64,000 nt of DNA. It comes from Mucilaginibacter sp. GTDB taxonomy: Bacteria; Bacteroidota; Bacteroidia; Sphingobacteriales; Sphingobacteriaceae. The DNA is taken from NCBI RefSeq assembly GCF_025362475.1, contig NZ_JANYGH010000024.1, forward strand, positions 2,164 through 66,163. Reading direction: 5' to 3'. Shown piece after piece: positions 28,137 to 38,495 of this stretch. A program made the position numbers and the translations under genes. The notes beneath the pieces are model-generated. The model saw only the letters and a list, made by a program, of their open reading frames with translations. It was not told the DNA's origin and did no database searches. The stretch's first letter is position 1. Each line of letters opens with the position of its first letter.

Positions 28137-29384
28137 TTAATCTGCAACTTCTGTTAGTAAAGTATTCAACATTGATAAAGCCATTACAGCACTCCGTTCA
28201 ATGTTTTGTTGCCTTTTATTGCCGAATGTGTATTTCTTTATTAACATTTTACCCATGCCAGAAACCGCAATCCACACTGTACCAACGGGTTTATCAACAG
28301 TACCTCCATCCGGCCCCGCCACTCCTGTTACGGATATGGCAAAATCCGACTTGAAATTTAATAGCGCGCCGTCTACCATTTCTTTCACGGTTTGTTCACT
28401 TACGGCCCCAAATTGCTCAATCGTTTGGTGTTTTACCCCCAGTATATGTTCTTTTAATCCGTTGGAGTAAGTAACTCCACCGCCCAAAAACACTTTTGAC
28501 GAGCCTGGGTGCTGTGTAAATAAATGCGAAATATATCCGCCGGTACAACTTTCGGCAATGGATAAGGTGAGGCCTCTTTCGGTCATCTTATCAAGGATAG
28601 CTTTTTCTAAGGCAATATCCTTATCAACCACAAAAACAGCACCTATCCGTTCAATGATCTTACCGGCAAAAATATCAACTTGCTTTTGAAGTGATTCCTC
28701 ATCTTCGCCAAAAGCGCTTAAACGCAGTCTAACCTGACCTAATTTAGGCAGATAAGCCAATTTAATATAAGGGGGGAGCTCGTTTTCGATATCGGCAATC
28801 CGTTCGGCTAAAAATGATTCCCCCTCGCCCACTGTTAAAAGTGTTGTATGAATGATGGATGGCAGCTTAAAATTAGCCATTATTTTAGGTAACACCTCAC
28901 CTTCCATCATGTACATCATCTCGAAGGGTACGCCGGGCATTGAAATATAAATAACACCTTCATGGTTAAACCACATACCCGGTGCTGTGCCGTTCTTGTT
29001 TAATATGATCTCGCAATTAGCAGGAACCTGAGCCTGCAGCCTGTTAACATCAAGTAAAGGGCGGTTGTATTTAGCAAATATGCGCTCCACATTTTCAAGC
29101 GCCTCCTTGTTTTCAACAAAACCAACACCAAAATATTCGGCCAGTGTTTTCTTGGTGATATCATCCTTTGTTGGCCCTAAACCACCGGTAATAAATATGA
29201 TTTTTGCACGTGTGGCAGCTTCGGCCAGGGCTTTCAGTATATGATCTTTATCGTCAGATACCGATGAAATTTGTTTAACCCTGATACCTATTTTATTCAA
29301 CTCCCTGGCCATCCAGGCCGAGTTGGTATCAACAATTTGCCCAATAAGTATTTCGTCGCCAATGGTTATAATCTCTGCCAGCAT
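28137..29384 (-). CDS. cinA: CinA-family protein (MoCF domain + NMN deamidase)
   Basis: IGDEILIGQIVDTN, GGLGPTKDDIT, AESCTGG, TGVAGPDGG. Confidence 0.95.
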   Translation of the reverse strand: MLAEIITIGDEILIGQIVDTNSAWMARELNKIGIRVKQISSVSDDKDHILKALAEAATRAKIIFITGGLGPTKDDITKKTLAEYFGVGFVENKEALENVERIFAKYNRPLLDVNRLQAQVPANCEIILNKNGTAPGMWFNHEGVIYISMPGVPFEMMYMMEGEVLPKIMANFKLPSIIHTTLLTVGEGESFLAERIADIENELPPYIKLAYLPKLGQVRLRLSAFGEDEESLQKQVDIFAGKIIERIGAVFVVDKDIALEKAILDKMTERGLTLSIAESCTGGYISHLFTQHPGSSKVFLGGGVTYSNGLKEHILGVKHQTIEQFGAVSEQTVKEMVDGALLNFKSDFAISVTGVAGPDGGTVDKPVGTVWIAVSGMGKMLIKKYTFGNKRQQNIERSAVMALSMLNTLLTEVAD

Positions 29385-29389
29385 ATTTA

Positions 29390-32239
29390 TTAATAAAAAT
29401 TCCTGCTACTTGAATAATCGTTTCGTTTGCTCAGTTTTAAATCCTGTAAAATAGTTGATTTAACCTTTAAGGTAACATTATATGATTTTAAGTAACCAAA
29501 TGGCACCCATTGAAACGAAAGATCCCAGCAATGCAAATCGCGATAAATAGAAAATGATGTTGCGCTGCTTAATTTGGCCGCCTTAAAATCATAGTTAGTA
29601 GAGTACTGTATTTTCCATTTTTGCGTGATACTTACATCACCGCTAATCATAAGCGTATTACTTGTTGATACCTGGTTAAGAAAATTACTATAGCTGTAGC
29701 TATAATTTAAGGAGATATTCCATGGCACATTAAAATCCACATAGGAGTTAGGATCGCTGTTAATCAATGCTAACCGTTGAGCTTGTTGCGCGCCTATATT
29801 TTGCAAGGTGTTAACATTAGGCGTTCCCGGAGCTTTTGCCGAAGTGGAATTTAAACTGCCGCTCATAGAAATACTAAGCGCGTTTAATTGCGGAAACTGA
29901 CCGTTAGACCATCTGTACTTATTAACAAGAGTGCTGGTACGTACTATAGTATTATTTGAAATAGAATCACGAACGTTAACCACATAGGGGTTAAATGAAC
30001 CGCTGAAACTAACATTCACCTTTTGTTTAAACAATGCGGTGTGACCAGAAAATTGAATATTTGACAGTTTAAGTGAATCCGCAGCGAAGTTATAAAAGGT
30101 TGAAAAAGACAAACCCTGCAGCAGCGTTATCTTCCTATCTGTACCTGATGTATCGGTACTTTTAGCTTTTAATTTGGCCTCAATGGTGTTATCCAATGCA
30201 AAGCTGATACCAGCCTGCTTACCGCTTGATGGATAGCCGTAAACCCCGTTTTCAAAAATAGAGTATTTTTGATAGGTGTAAGGATAAGGGATACTTGCCG
30301 TACTTACAGCGGTTTTATAATATCCATAACTTGGGTCCGAAAAATCGGGCGTATAGCCAAACCCGAGGGATGGCGTCATTACGTGCCTGATAGCTTTTAA
30401 ATTACCATGCTTAAAATTCATGGTTCCGTATAACTTGGTTGATAAGCCGGTGCTCAGGCTGTAATTCCCGGCACGTTTAAACCCTTGCAAGGTATCAACA
30501 AGCAGCACATCTGAGCTGGAAATACTGCCACGCTCAAATCTTTTGTTAACTGATTGAAAATACCAGCGTTCGGTATAATTTACACTACTGTTAAACTGAA
30601 AATATTTAAGCACATTTAAACCCAAACTTACCGGGATCTGATGTTGAAAGCCATTTTGCAAACGCTTGGTAACCGTGCTTTTAAACAACTCCGATTCGGG
30701 AATATCATTTACTTTATTGGTAGCATTTAAATTATAGCTAACGGTTATTTTTTGATACCATTTTTGTTCTCCCACCCTATCTTTTGAATCGAACGGGTTG
30801 ATTGACGACATACCAAAGGCTATTGTAGGTAACTCAATGGTAATTGTTTTACGGGCAATATCCTGGCTGTGCCCGATACCTACACTTAAGTTAAAAGGCG
30901 TACCGGCCCATGTTTTCCCGTAAGATATACTTGAACGCAAACTGCTTTGCGCGGCAGTCACCACGTTATAATTTGAGGTTGACGGGTTGCGGGAAAAATA
31001 ACCCGAAGTACCTGCATTTACCGATGCGCTGAATGTTGAACCGGGATTGGCATTAGGATCCTGTGAATGGGTCCAGTCAATATGAATATCCTTCACCGGG
31101 GGATCGCCGGGCAACTGGTAGTTATGCGAGCCATAACTCAATGATAAATTACCAGTATATTTATAACGTACCAGGTATCTTGCAGTGGAGTTTACTTCAT
31201 ATGACCCTTTGGAGTAAATTGTACCCGTTGTGGTTAAATCCATATAATCGCTAAGGCCCAGGTAATAACCAAAACCCGCCAGTTTAAAGCCCAGCTTGGC
31301 ATCTTCGCCAAAAGTAGGTAATATAACCCCGGATGTTCGCTGGTTGGGCTTTGGAAAAAAACCGAAGGGGATGGCCAAAGGCAGGGGTACTCCCTCGATC
31401 TCCAGGTAAGCCGGACCGGATATGATCTTGTTTTTTTCGCCAATACCCTTGGTTATCACAATACCAAAGTGTGTATCGGGATAAGGCAAATCGCAGGTAC
31501 TGAAAATCACATTGCGATAAGCAACCTCGGTTTCATTTAATTTTTTTGCCTGCCCGCCAGATATAAAGTTACCTTCCTGCTCTGATGCGGGATTATAAAG
31601 TTTCCCTTTTTTGGTTGTGTAATTAAATAACAACGAATCTGATGCTATAGGCTTTTCGTTTTTTGATTTGGATAATGGCCTGCCAACGTAACGCTTGGTG
31701 CGGGGATCAATACTCCCGCTTGCAAAAATCAGGTGATTTTTCTGATCAACCCTTATATAATCTGCATCCAGCTCAAAATCTTCATAGGTTACCCTGGCCC
31801 GGCCATACAGGTATAAAATATCATGCTCGTTGTCAACAACGGTTGAATCCTCGGCTACAGCCTTAACTTCTGATTGTATGCCCCCACTTTTTTTAGTGGT
31901 ATCATTTGCCGGCAACGCGCCTTTGCCTACAGGTGCAAGTTGCTTTCCATCTGCCTTTTTAATTTTAGGCGTATCTGCTTTACGAACGGTATCACCCGCG
32001 GGGGTTATATTGAAGGTATTGTTTAAGCCCTGGCCGTCGGCATTTTGAGTTGCCTTACTTTGCTTAGATTTCTTAACTTTAAGAAGTTTCCTATCTCTTG
32101 CCTTATTAGTGTCAAGTTTGATAATAGTATCTGCTACAGATTTGTGGCTATACCTGTTATATGTACCTTTGCTTTCAGCAACAAGTACATTTACCGTCAA
32201 AATAATTGCAAGCAGAAAAAAAAGAGATATGAATTTCAA
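29390..32239 (-). CDS. LptD-like outer-membrane LPS assembly protein
   Basis: Signal peptide, OstA-like LYGRARVTY, STCD, barrel ending YRDLHCW; divergent from the amidase. Confidence 0.8.
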   Translation of the reverse strand: MKFISLFFLLAIILTVNVLVAESKGTYNRYSHKSVADTIIKLDTNKARDRKLLKVKKSKQSKATQNADGQGLNNTFNITPAGDTVRKADTPKIKKADGKQLAPVGKGALPANDTTKKSGGIQSEVKAVAEDSTVVDNEHDILYLYGRARVTYEDFELDADYIRVDQKNHLIFASGSIDPRTKRYVGRPLSKSKNEKPIASDSLLFNYTTKKGKLYNPASEQEGNFISGGQAKKLNETEVAYRNVIFSTCDLPYPDTHFGIVITKGIGEKNKIISGPAYLEIEGVPLPLAIPFGFFPKPNQRTSGVILPTFGEDAKLGFKLAGFGYYLGLSDYMDLTTTGTIYSKGSYEVNSTARYLVRYKYTGNLSLSYGSHNYQLPGDPPVKDIHIDWTHSQDPNANPGSTFSASVNAGTSGYFSRNPSTSNYNVVTAAQSSLRSSISYGKTWAGTPFNLSVGIGHSQDIARKTITIELPTIAFGMSSINPFDSKDRVGEQKWYQKITVSYNLNATNKVNDIPESELFKSTVTKRLQNGFQHQIPVSLGLNVLKYFQFNSSVNYTERWYFQSVNKRFERGSISSSDVLLVDTLQGFKRAGNYSLSTGLSTKLYGTMNFKHGNLKAIRHVMTPSLGFGYTPDFSDPSYGYYKTAVSTASIPYPYTYQKYSIFENGVYGYPSSGKQAGISFALDNTIEAKLKAKSTDTSGTDRKITLLQGLSFSTFYNFAADSLKLSNIQFSGHTALFKQKVNVSFSGSFNPYVVNVRDSISNNTIVRTSTLVNKYRWSNGQFPQLNALSISMSGSLNSTSAKAPGTPNVNTLQNIGAQQAQRLALINSDPNSYVDFNVPWNISLNYSYSYSNFLNQVSTSNTLMISGDVSITQKWKIQYSTNYDFKAAKLSSATSFSIYRDLHCWDLSFQWVPFGYLKSYNVTLKVKSTILQDLKLSKRNDYSSSRNFY

Positions 32240-32255
32240 AATTGATTATGAATAG

Positions 32256-32263
32256 TATTTTTG
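32256..32263 (+). promoter_or_regulatory. -7 promoter element for the amidase
   Basis: TATTTTTG 28 nt upstream of ATG. Confidence 0.55.
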
Positions 32264-32291
32264 CAGATATAGTTAACAGCGTTCAAAAATA

Positions 32292-33197
32292 ATGAAAAAT
32301 AGGGCATTGAAAAGATTCATTTATAGTTTATCGGTTTTGCTGGCACTTGTTTCATGTTTTCCGGTTACATCTTATGGTTTTATAAAAGCAGATACTGTTA
32401 TTAATAGCGGTTTTAAAATAAAAACTATTGTTATTGATGCGGGGCACGGTGGCAAACCTTCAAGCACAGAAGGTCATTTCTCTCATGGTGCATCCGGCTC
32501 TTTTTCTTCAGAAAGAAATGTAACGCTTGCCATTGCCTTAAAATTGCAAAATGCCATAGAAAAAGATATGACGGGCGTAAAAGCAGTTTTAACCCGTACA
32601 ACAGAAGATGACGTTTCTTTTGAAAGACGCGCGGAAATTGCCAACGAAAACAAGGGAAATATTTTCATATCCATACACTGCAATTCATTATCTGACAGGC
32701 GCGTAAGGGAACAGGTGGGCACCAAACATCATAAACCAGTTTACCGAACGGTTAGCTTACCAGACCGTTCTGGCAAAGGGGTTTTATTATTGGTGTACGG
32801 ATTGCACCGTTCTAAAGAGGAAGAAAAGACGATTATACACAACCAGGTTGAAGAAGACTCTGGAATGGATGCCGGCTTAGACCCCGATGACCCTATCACC
32901 ATCATTTTAACCAATGAGTATAAAAGAAAATTCAGGCAGCAAAGCATAAAGCTGGCCACGTTAATTAACAACGAGTTTGTGCAAACAGACGGCCGCCCAA
33001 GTGAAGGCTTAAGGGAGCAGGGTATATATGTGTTATGCCATACCGCAATGCCCTCGGTTTTAGTAGAAACCGGTTATATAAATAACCCTAAAGACGAAGA
33101 ATACTTAAACTCGGAAGATGGACAAAATGAAATTGTAAGTTCAATAGTACGCGCTTTATTAAACTATAAAAACGAAGTTGAAAAGGTATCGCAATAA
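32292..33197 (+). CDS. N-acetylmuramoyl-L-alanine amidase (Amidase_3)
   Basis: IDAGHGG, ERNVTL, SIHCNS, LVETGY. Confidence 0.93.
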   Translation: MKNRALKRFIYSLSVLLALVSCFPVTSYGFIKADTVINSGFKIKTIVIDAGHGGKPSSTEGHFSHGASGSFSSERNVTLAIALKLQNAIEKDMTGVKAVLTRTTEDDVSFERRAEIANENKGNIFISIHCNSLSDRRVREQVGTKHHKPVYRTVSLPDRSGKGVLLLVYGLHRSKEEEKTIIHNQVEEDSGMDAGLDPDDPITIILTNEYKRKFRQQSIKLATLINNEFVQTDGRPSEGLREQGIYVLCHTAMPSVLVETGYINNPKDEEYLNSEDGQNEIVSSIVRALLNYKNEVEKVSQ

Positions 33198-33328
33198 TAA
33201 AAGCATTTACTTTGCGTTTTCTGCCAAACTTAAGTAGCAGGTTAAACGTATATTAAAAGTTAACAAATATTGCTCCTGGTACAAGCAAGTGCCCTCAAAG
33301 AATTTAAACAACATCACAATCTTACTTA

Positions 33329-34273
33329 ATGAAAATTTCAAACGAAACAAAAATTGGAGCACTTACGGTAATTTCCATTACTATACTTATTTTAGGATAT
33401 AGTTTTTTAAAGGGTAACGATGTTTTTTCGGGATCAAATAAATTTTATGCAGTTTATAACAGTGTTGAAGGCTTAGGCGTATCAAAACCTGTGCTGGTTA
33501 ATGGATTCCAGATTGGTAGGATCTCTAAAATGGAACTTCAACCAGATGGCCGCACCATCGTAGAATTTAAAATTGAAGAAAAATACGATGTACCAAACAA
33601 CACCCTTGCAAAGCTGGAAAGCACCGACCTGTTGGGGAGTAAAGCTATAGTTTTTGAACTGGGCAACAGTAAAATACTTGCCGAAAACAAAGACACCTTG
33701 AAGGCTGATATACAGGGAAGCCTGGCCGAAAGCCTGCAGCCAATTCAAAAAAAGGCCGAACAGTTAATGACAAAGCTGGATTCATCCCTGGCAGCTATCA
33801 ACAAAATATTGAATCCAAACTTTCAAAAAAATGTTGACCGCAGCTTCATGAGTATTGCAAACTCATTGCAAACATTAGAAGGTGTTACCAAAAAGATCGA
33901 TAATTTGGTGGGTACGCAAACAACCCACATTGATGCCATACTTTCAAATGCCGAAGTTGTATCTGCTAATTTAAAAACCAGCACGATACACGTAAACGGC
34001 ATCACATCCAATTTTGAAAAGGTTAGTAATGATGTTGCCGCATCAAACATTAAAAACACACTGGATAACGCTAACAAAGCCATGGCCGATTTGCAGGCTG
34101 CTATTGCAAGGATAAATACCAACCAGGGTACACTTGGTTTGTTAATGAATGATGATAAGGTTTATAAAAACCTGGCTGATGCATCAAACAACCTGAATAA
34201 CCTGTTCATTGACTTGAAAGCGCATCCAAAACGCTATGTAAGTTTCTCTGTTTTTGGTGGTAAAAAGGACTAA
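33329..34273 (+). CDS. MlaD/MCE-family protein
   Basis: N-terminal anchor, VEGLGVSKPVLVNGFQIG, GTLGLLMND, DLKAHPKRY. Confidence 0.9.
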   Translation: MKISNETKIGALTVISITILILGYSFLKGNDVFSGSNKFYAVYNSVEGLGVSKPVLVNGFQIGRISKMELQPDGRTIVEFKIEEKYDVPNNTLAKLESTDLLGSKAIVFELGNSKILAENKDTLKADIQGSLAESLQPIQKKAEQLMTKLDSSLAAINKILNPNFQKNVDRSFMSIANSLQTLEGVTKKIDNLVGTQTTHIDAILSNAEVVSANLKTSTIHVNGITSNFEKVSNDVAASNIKNTLDNANKAMADLQAAIARINTNQGTLGLLMNDDKVYKNLADASNNLNNLFIDLKAHPKRYVSFSVFGGKKD

Positions 34274-34295
34274 AAACAATATCGCGATATAAGAT

Positions 34296-34330
34296 AAAAA
34301 GCTGAACAGACGATATCTGCTCAGCTTTTT
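34296..34330 (+). terminator. Intrinsic terminator after mlaD
   Basis: AAAAAGCTGAACAGA/TCTGCTCAGCTTTTT. Confidence 0.75.
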
Positions 34331-34466
34331 ATTTTTTAGTTATAGGCTGTATGGGCCTCTTTTACAAACAACTTTATAAAAGAAGGCTCTGGGACTTTGC
34401 AGGGTCAGGATTGTTAGCAAGAGTCAAGATTGCTTTTTTAATAAATCAGTGGCGTAGCCACGGCTC

Positions 34467-34671
34467 ATATTGTAACAACGGATTTTAATCCGTTGAAAAA
34501 GAAGCAGCACATAAAAAGAACCATAGCTTCGGCCCATATACTCTGCTGTTAACTGTTATTTAGCATATAATCAATGGGAAATTCCGGTATCTACTTAAAT
34601 ATGCACCGTGCCTACGGCACTCATTTTTATTTGGTTTATAAGCAACGGATTAAAATCCGTTGTTACAATAT
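34467..34671. mobile_element. MITE/REP-like element with 29-bp perfect terminal inverted repeats
   Basis: ATATTGTAACAACGGATTTTAATCCGTTG (34467-34495) and its exact reverse complement (34643-34671); internal GTGCCTACGGCAC hairpin; no ORF. Confidence 0.7.
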
Positions 34672-34752
34672 CTTTGAGCCAATGGCTCTTTAAAAAAGAT
34701 AATTAACCGGGCATTCGAATCTTAGAGGCTGTCTAAAAACAAATAAATAGAT

Positions 34753-34853
34753 CGTCATTACTGTAAGGTACGAAGCAATCTCTACATAGGCAGATTGGCC
34801 CTGTAGAGCCCCTCTGTACAGCTTAGAGATTGCTTCGTGCCTCAGCAATGACG
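34753..34853. repeat. REP-like palindrome (GTCATT...GAAGCAATCTC type)
   Basis: CGTCATTACTGTAAGGTACGAAGCAATCTCT ... AGAGATTGCTTCGTGCCTCAGCAATGACG. Confidence 0.75.
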
Positions 34854-35026
34854 TGTAGATATGTGCTTCATTAGAAGTATAAAAACATTAATAAATCAAA
34901 TTTAAACAGCTTCTTAGAGCCCGTTAAAGAATGACTTTTAATGTCCAACTTTCAAACAGTTGAAAAGGGCGGATTAAAGTTTAATTTTTAGATTTCCCTG
35001 ATTGTGCGAGAGCCGTTTCAGGTCTG

Positions 35027-35938
35027 TTATATATTAAATATTCTTCCTTCAATGGCCAGTTCAGTTTCGGGGAAAACGCTCTTAGCTTCATCCAATAACT
35101 CATTCAGGGTTTTATACCGGGCAGAGAAGTGGCCAATCACCAATCTTTTGGCATTTGTTTTTAATGCAACTTCACCGGCCTGTAATGCGGTAGTATGATG
35201 GGTATCATTTGCCCTATCCAACATATCATTTAAAAAGGTAGCCTCATGGTATAGCAGTGTAGCGTTCGCTATCTGTTTAAAATATTGCTCACCGTACAAA
35301 GTATCTGAACAATAAGCATAAGATTTAGGCTCGTCAGAATCAATGGTTAGGTCCTCATTCTTATAAACCTTCCCGGATGGTGAAGTATAATCGGCACCTT
35401 TTTTTAGGGCAGTAAAATACGGCACCGGGATCTTTATTTCTTCTATTACCTCCTTACGCAGCTTCCTTAACCGTTTCTTCTCTCTGAAGACAAAACCGGT
35501 GCAATCGATGCGGTGATTTAGCGGAATTGTTTCTACAACGATATCATTATTATCTACAATAACTTCGGCTTTTTGAGCGTTGGTTTGTGTAAACACCAAA
35601 GGGAAATGCAATGTAGTTTCTGAATATTTTAATTGCAGATCAATGATCTCCATTAAATGCGGAGGGCCAAAAAGATAAAGATTTTTTTTTCGTCCGTTTA
35701 GATGCATGGACGACAGTAGTCCTACCAGGCCCAGGTAATGGTCGCCATGCAGGTGGCTTATAAATATATAATCGATACGGCTTGCTTTGATATCAAAACG
35801 CAGCATTTGCTGTTGAGTACCTTCGCCGCAATCAACTAAGTACAAGTGCTCATTAATATTGAGCACTTGTGCTGAAGGATTTCTGTTAAAAATGGGAGTG
35901 GCCGAACTGCTTCCAAGTATTGTTAACTCAAATTTCAT
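35027..35938 (-). CDS. rnz: Ribonuclease Z
   Basis: DCGEGTQ, SHLHGDH, SDT, HEATF, HFSARY. Confidence 0.95.
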   Translation of the reverse strand: MKFELTILGSSSATPIFNRNPSAQVLNINEHLYLVDCGEGTQQQMLRFDIKASRIDYIFISHLHGDHYLGLVGLLSSMHLNGRKKNLYLFGPPHLMEIIDLQLKYSETTLHFPLVFTQTNAQKAEVIVDNNDIVVETIPLNHRIDCTGFVFREKKRLRKLRKEVIEEIKIPVPYFTALKKGADYTSPSGKVYKNEDLTIDSDEPKSYAYCSDTLYGEQYFKQIANATLLYHEATFLNDMLDRANDTHHTTALQAGEVALKTNAKRLVIGHFSARYKTLNELLDEAKSVFPETELAIEGRIFNI

Positions 35939-35959
35939 ACCCGGGAAACAATCATTGGA

Positions 35960-36337
35960 TTATCTTGATTCTTTTTTTAGTTCCTTTTCAATCTCTTCCA
36001 TAAAAATAAGGTCGATGCCTTCTTCAGAAGTTGGAACTATAGTGAGTACGTTATCCAGTTGAGATATAGTTATTAAACGCGAAACAGCGTCATTTAAACC
36101 AGCGAGTATAAAAACGCCGCTGGCGTTTTTACATAAACGATGACCTACCAACAAGCTGCTTAAGCCGGATGAATCCGCAAATTTTACTTGTGAAAGATCA
36201 AGAATTATATTTCTTTGTCCTTCCGTATTGATCAATATCAACTCGGATTTCAACTGAGGAGTTACTAATGAATTCAATTTTGATTCATTGAGTTTCACCA
36301 AAATGTATTTCTCGTGTTTATCGACAGCAAATTTCAT
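35960..36337 (-). CDS. STAS-domain anti-sigma factor antagonist
   Basis: ILDLSQVKFADSSGLS. Confidence 0.9.
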   Translation of the reverse strand: MKFAVDKHEKYILVKLNESKLNSLVTPQLKSELILINTEGQRNIILDLSQVKFADSSGLSSLLVGHRLCKNASGVFILAGLNDAVSRLITISQLDNVLTIVPTSEEGIDLIFMEEIEKELKKESR

Positions 36338-36389
36338 TCTTCCTGGGATTATTAAGCTAAGATAAGATTATTTTACGTGGAAATAAAAA

Positions 36390-37334
36390 TTACATATTAT
36401 TAAGCGCGAGCTTTATAGCCCCTTCAACCCTGGCTAAAACATTCTCCGTGTCTGATTTTATGAAGGCCTCGCCTGTAATTTGCTCGTATAGCTCAATGTA
36501 CCGTTCAGATATAGACTCTACAATTTCTTCCGTCATAACAGGAACAACCTGCCCGTCTTTACCCTGAAAACCGTTTTCTATAAGCCACTTCCTTACAAAC
36601 TCTTTTGAAAGTTGTTTTTGCGGCTCTCCTTTTTGCTGCCGCTCCTCATACCCTTCCTTGTAAAAATACCTCGAAGAATCGGGCGTGTGGATCTCATCAA
36701 TCAGATAGATATCATCACCAATCTTACCAAATTCATATTTGGTATCAACCAGGATCAATCCTTGCTTCGCTGCTATTTCGGTTCCGCGTTTAAACAGCGC
36801 TTTGGTATAGGCTTCCAGCTTTTCGTAATCATCTGCGGCTACAATATGCTGAGCCAGTATTTGCTCTTTTGAAATATCCTCATCATGCCCTACTGATGCT
36901 TTAGTGGTTGGGGTGATGATAGGCTCAGGAAGAATATCATTTTCCTTTAAGCCTTCTGGCAATGCCTCACCACAAACCTGCCTGCGGCCGGCAGCATATT
37001 CGCGCGCGGCATGGCCGGCCAAATATCCACGAATTACCATCTCTACCTTAAAAGGCTCGCAAATACGACCGATGGTAACACTTGGGTCTGGAACGGATAT
37101 AACCCAATTGGGTACAATATCACTTGTTGCCTCTAAAAAACGGGCTGCTATCTGGTTAAGCACTTGTCCTTTATAAGGAATAGCTTCTGGCAGTACAACA
37201 TCAAATGCCGATATCCTGTCAGATACCACCATAGCCAGGTACTTATTATCAATAGTATAAACATCCCGTACCTTGCCTTTATAGTAGCCGGTTTGCCCGG
37301 GGAAATTAAAATGTGTTTCTTTTATTGCGTTCAT
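36390..37334 (-). CDS. purC: SAICAR synthase
   Basis: [35 protein letters not shown]. Confidence 0.96.
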   Translation of the reverse strand: MNAIKETHFNFPGQTGYYKGKVRDVYTIDNKYLAMVVSDRISAFDVVLPEAIPYKGQVLNQIAARFLEATSDIVPNWVISVPDPSVTIGRICEPFKVEMVIRGYLAGHAAREYAAGRRQVCGEALPEGLKENDILPEPIITPTTKASVGHDEDISKEQILAQHIVAADDYEKLEAYTKALFKRGTEIAAKQGLILVDTKYEFGKIGDDIYLIDEIHTPDSSRYFYKEGYEERQQKGEPQKQLSKEFVRKWLIENGFQGKDGQVVPVMTEEIVESISERYIELYEQITGEAFIKSDTENVLARVEGAIKLALNNM

Positions 37335-37336
37335 AT

Positions 37337-37413
37337 GAGAGTCAAGAATTTAGAATCAAGAATCAAGACAGGAAATTGCAGCTTCTTGATTCTTGACTCT
37401 TGATTCTTATCTC
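37337..37413. repeat. Heptamer-armed hairpin at phoH|purC junction
   Basis: GAGTCAA GAATTTA GAATCAA GAATCAA GAC ... TCTTGAT TCTTGAC TCTTGAT TCTTATC; ends 2 nt from the purC ATG. Confidence 0.8.
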
Positions 37414-37435
37414 TTTATTTTATTGGATATCCCTT

Positions 37436-38395
37436 TTATTGTATATCTCCGTAAGCTGCTAATATTTTACGTACCAGTTTATGGCGAACTACGTCTTCGC
37501 CGCTTAGGTATACTATTTCTATTCCACTTATATCCGTTAGTATGCGTAACGCGGTATGTAAGCCCGATTGTTGTTTTTTTGGTAAATCTATCTGGGTAAC
37601 ATCGCCTGTTACTATAAACTTAGCCGATGGCCCCATACGTGTCAGGAACATCTTGAGCTGCATATCGGTAGCATTTTGGGCTTCATCCAATATCACAAAA
37701 CAATTATCAAGTGTACGGCCACGCATAAATGCCAGTGGTGCTATTTCAATGGTTCGGTTCTCCAGGTAAAACTTCAATTTCTCCGCCGGAATCATATCAT
37801 CCAAGGCATCGTACAGCGGCCTTAAATACGGATCAATCTTTTCTTTAAGGTCGCCGGGTAAAAAGCCGAGGTTCTCCCCTGCCTCAACAGCCGGCCGGGT
37901 TAAAATAATTCGTTTTATCTCTTTGTTTTTTAGTGCGCGCACGGCTAAAGCTACCGCGGTATAGGTTTTACCGGTACCTGCGGGCCCAATGGCAAAAAGA
38001 ATATCGCTCGTATTAATACTATCAACCATTTTGCGCTGATTGGCTGTACGGGCTTTCACCATTACGCCATTCGGGCCAAAAACAATTACCTCGCCACTGG
38101 CAAATTTATCGGCTACCTGGTCTGTAGATGGCCCGGTATTAACTTTTGATCCTAAAATACGTTCAAGATCGGTAATGTTCAGGTTCTCGAATTTTTCTAC
38201 ATGTTGCAGCAGATGCGAGAATTTTTCCTGGAAAACATTTAGTTCGTGATCATCACCCAAAACTTTTATTTCATTGCCTCGTGCAACTAATTTAAGCTTG
38301 GGATATTGTTTCTTAATGATCTCAAAATGATCATTATTAGGCCCCCACAATACGGCTGGATTTACGTTTTCAATTGATAGCTTAAGTTCGTTCAA
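37436..38395 (-). CDS. phoH: PhoH-family ATPase
   Basis: GPAGTGKT, LTRPAVEAGE, LAFMRGRT, LDEAQN, DVVRH. Confidence 0.95.
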   Translation of the reverse strand: MNELKLSIENVNPAVLWGPNNDHFEIIKKQYPKLKLVARGNEIKVLGDDHELNVFQEKFSHLLQHVEKFENLNITDLERILGSKVNTGPSTDQVADKFASGEVIVFGPNGVMVKARTANQRKMVDSINTSDILFAIGPAGTGKTYTAVALAVRALKNKEIKRIILTRPAVEAGENLGFLPGDLKEKIDPYLRPLYDALDDMIPAEKLKFYLENRTIEIAPLAFMRGRTLDNCFVILDEAQNATDMQLKMFLTRMGPSAKFIVTGDVTQIDLPKKQQSGLHTALRILTDISGIEIVYLSGEDVVRHKLVRKILAAYGDIQ

Positions 38396-38495
38396 TACTA
38401 ATTGATTTTTTAGTTACAGATTTTTATGAATTAAAAATTGAATATTTGTAGCTTCAAATGCTATTACAAGATTAGCAATAAATATTATAAAATTA

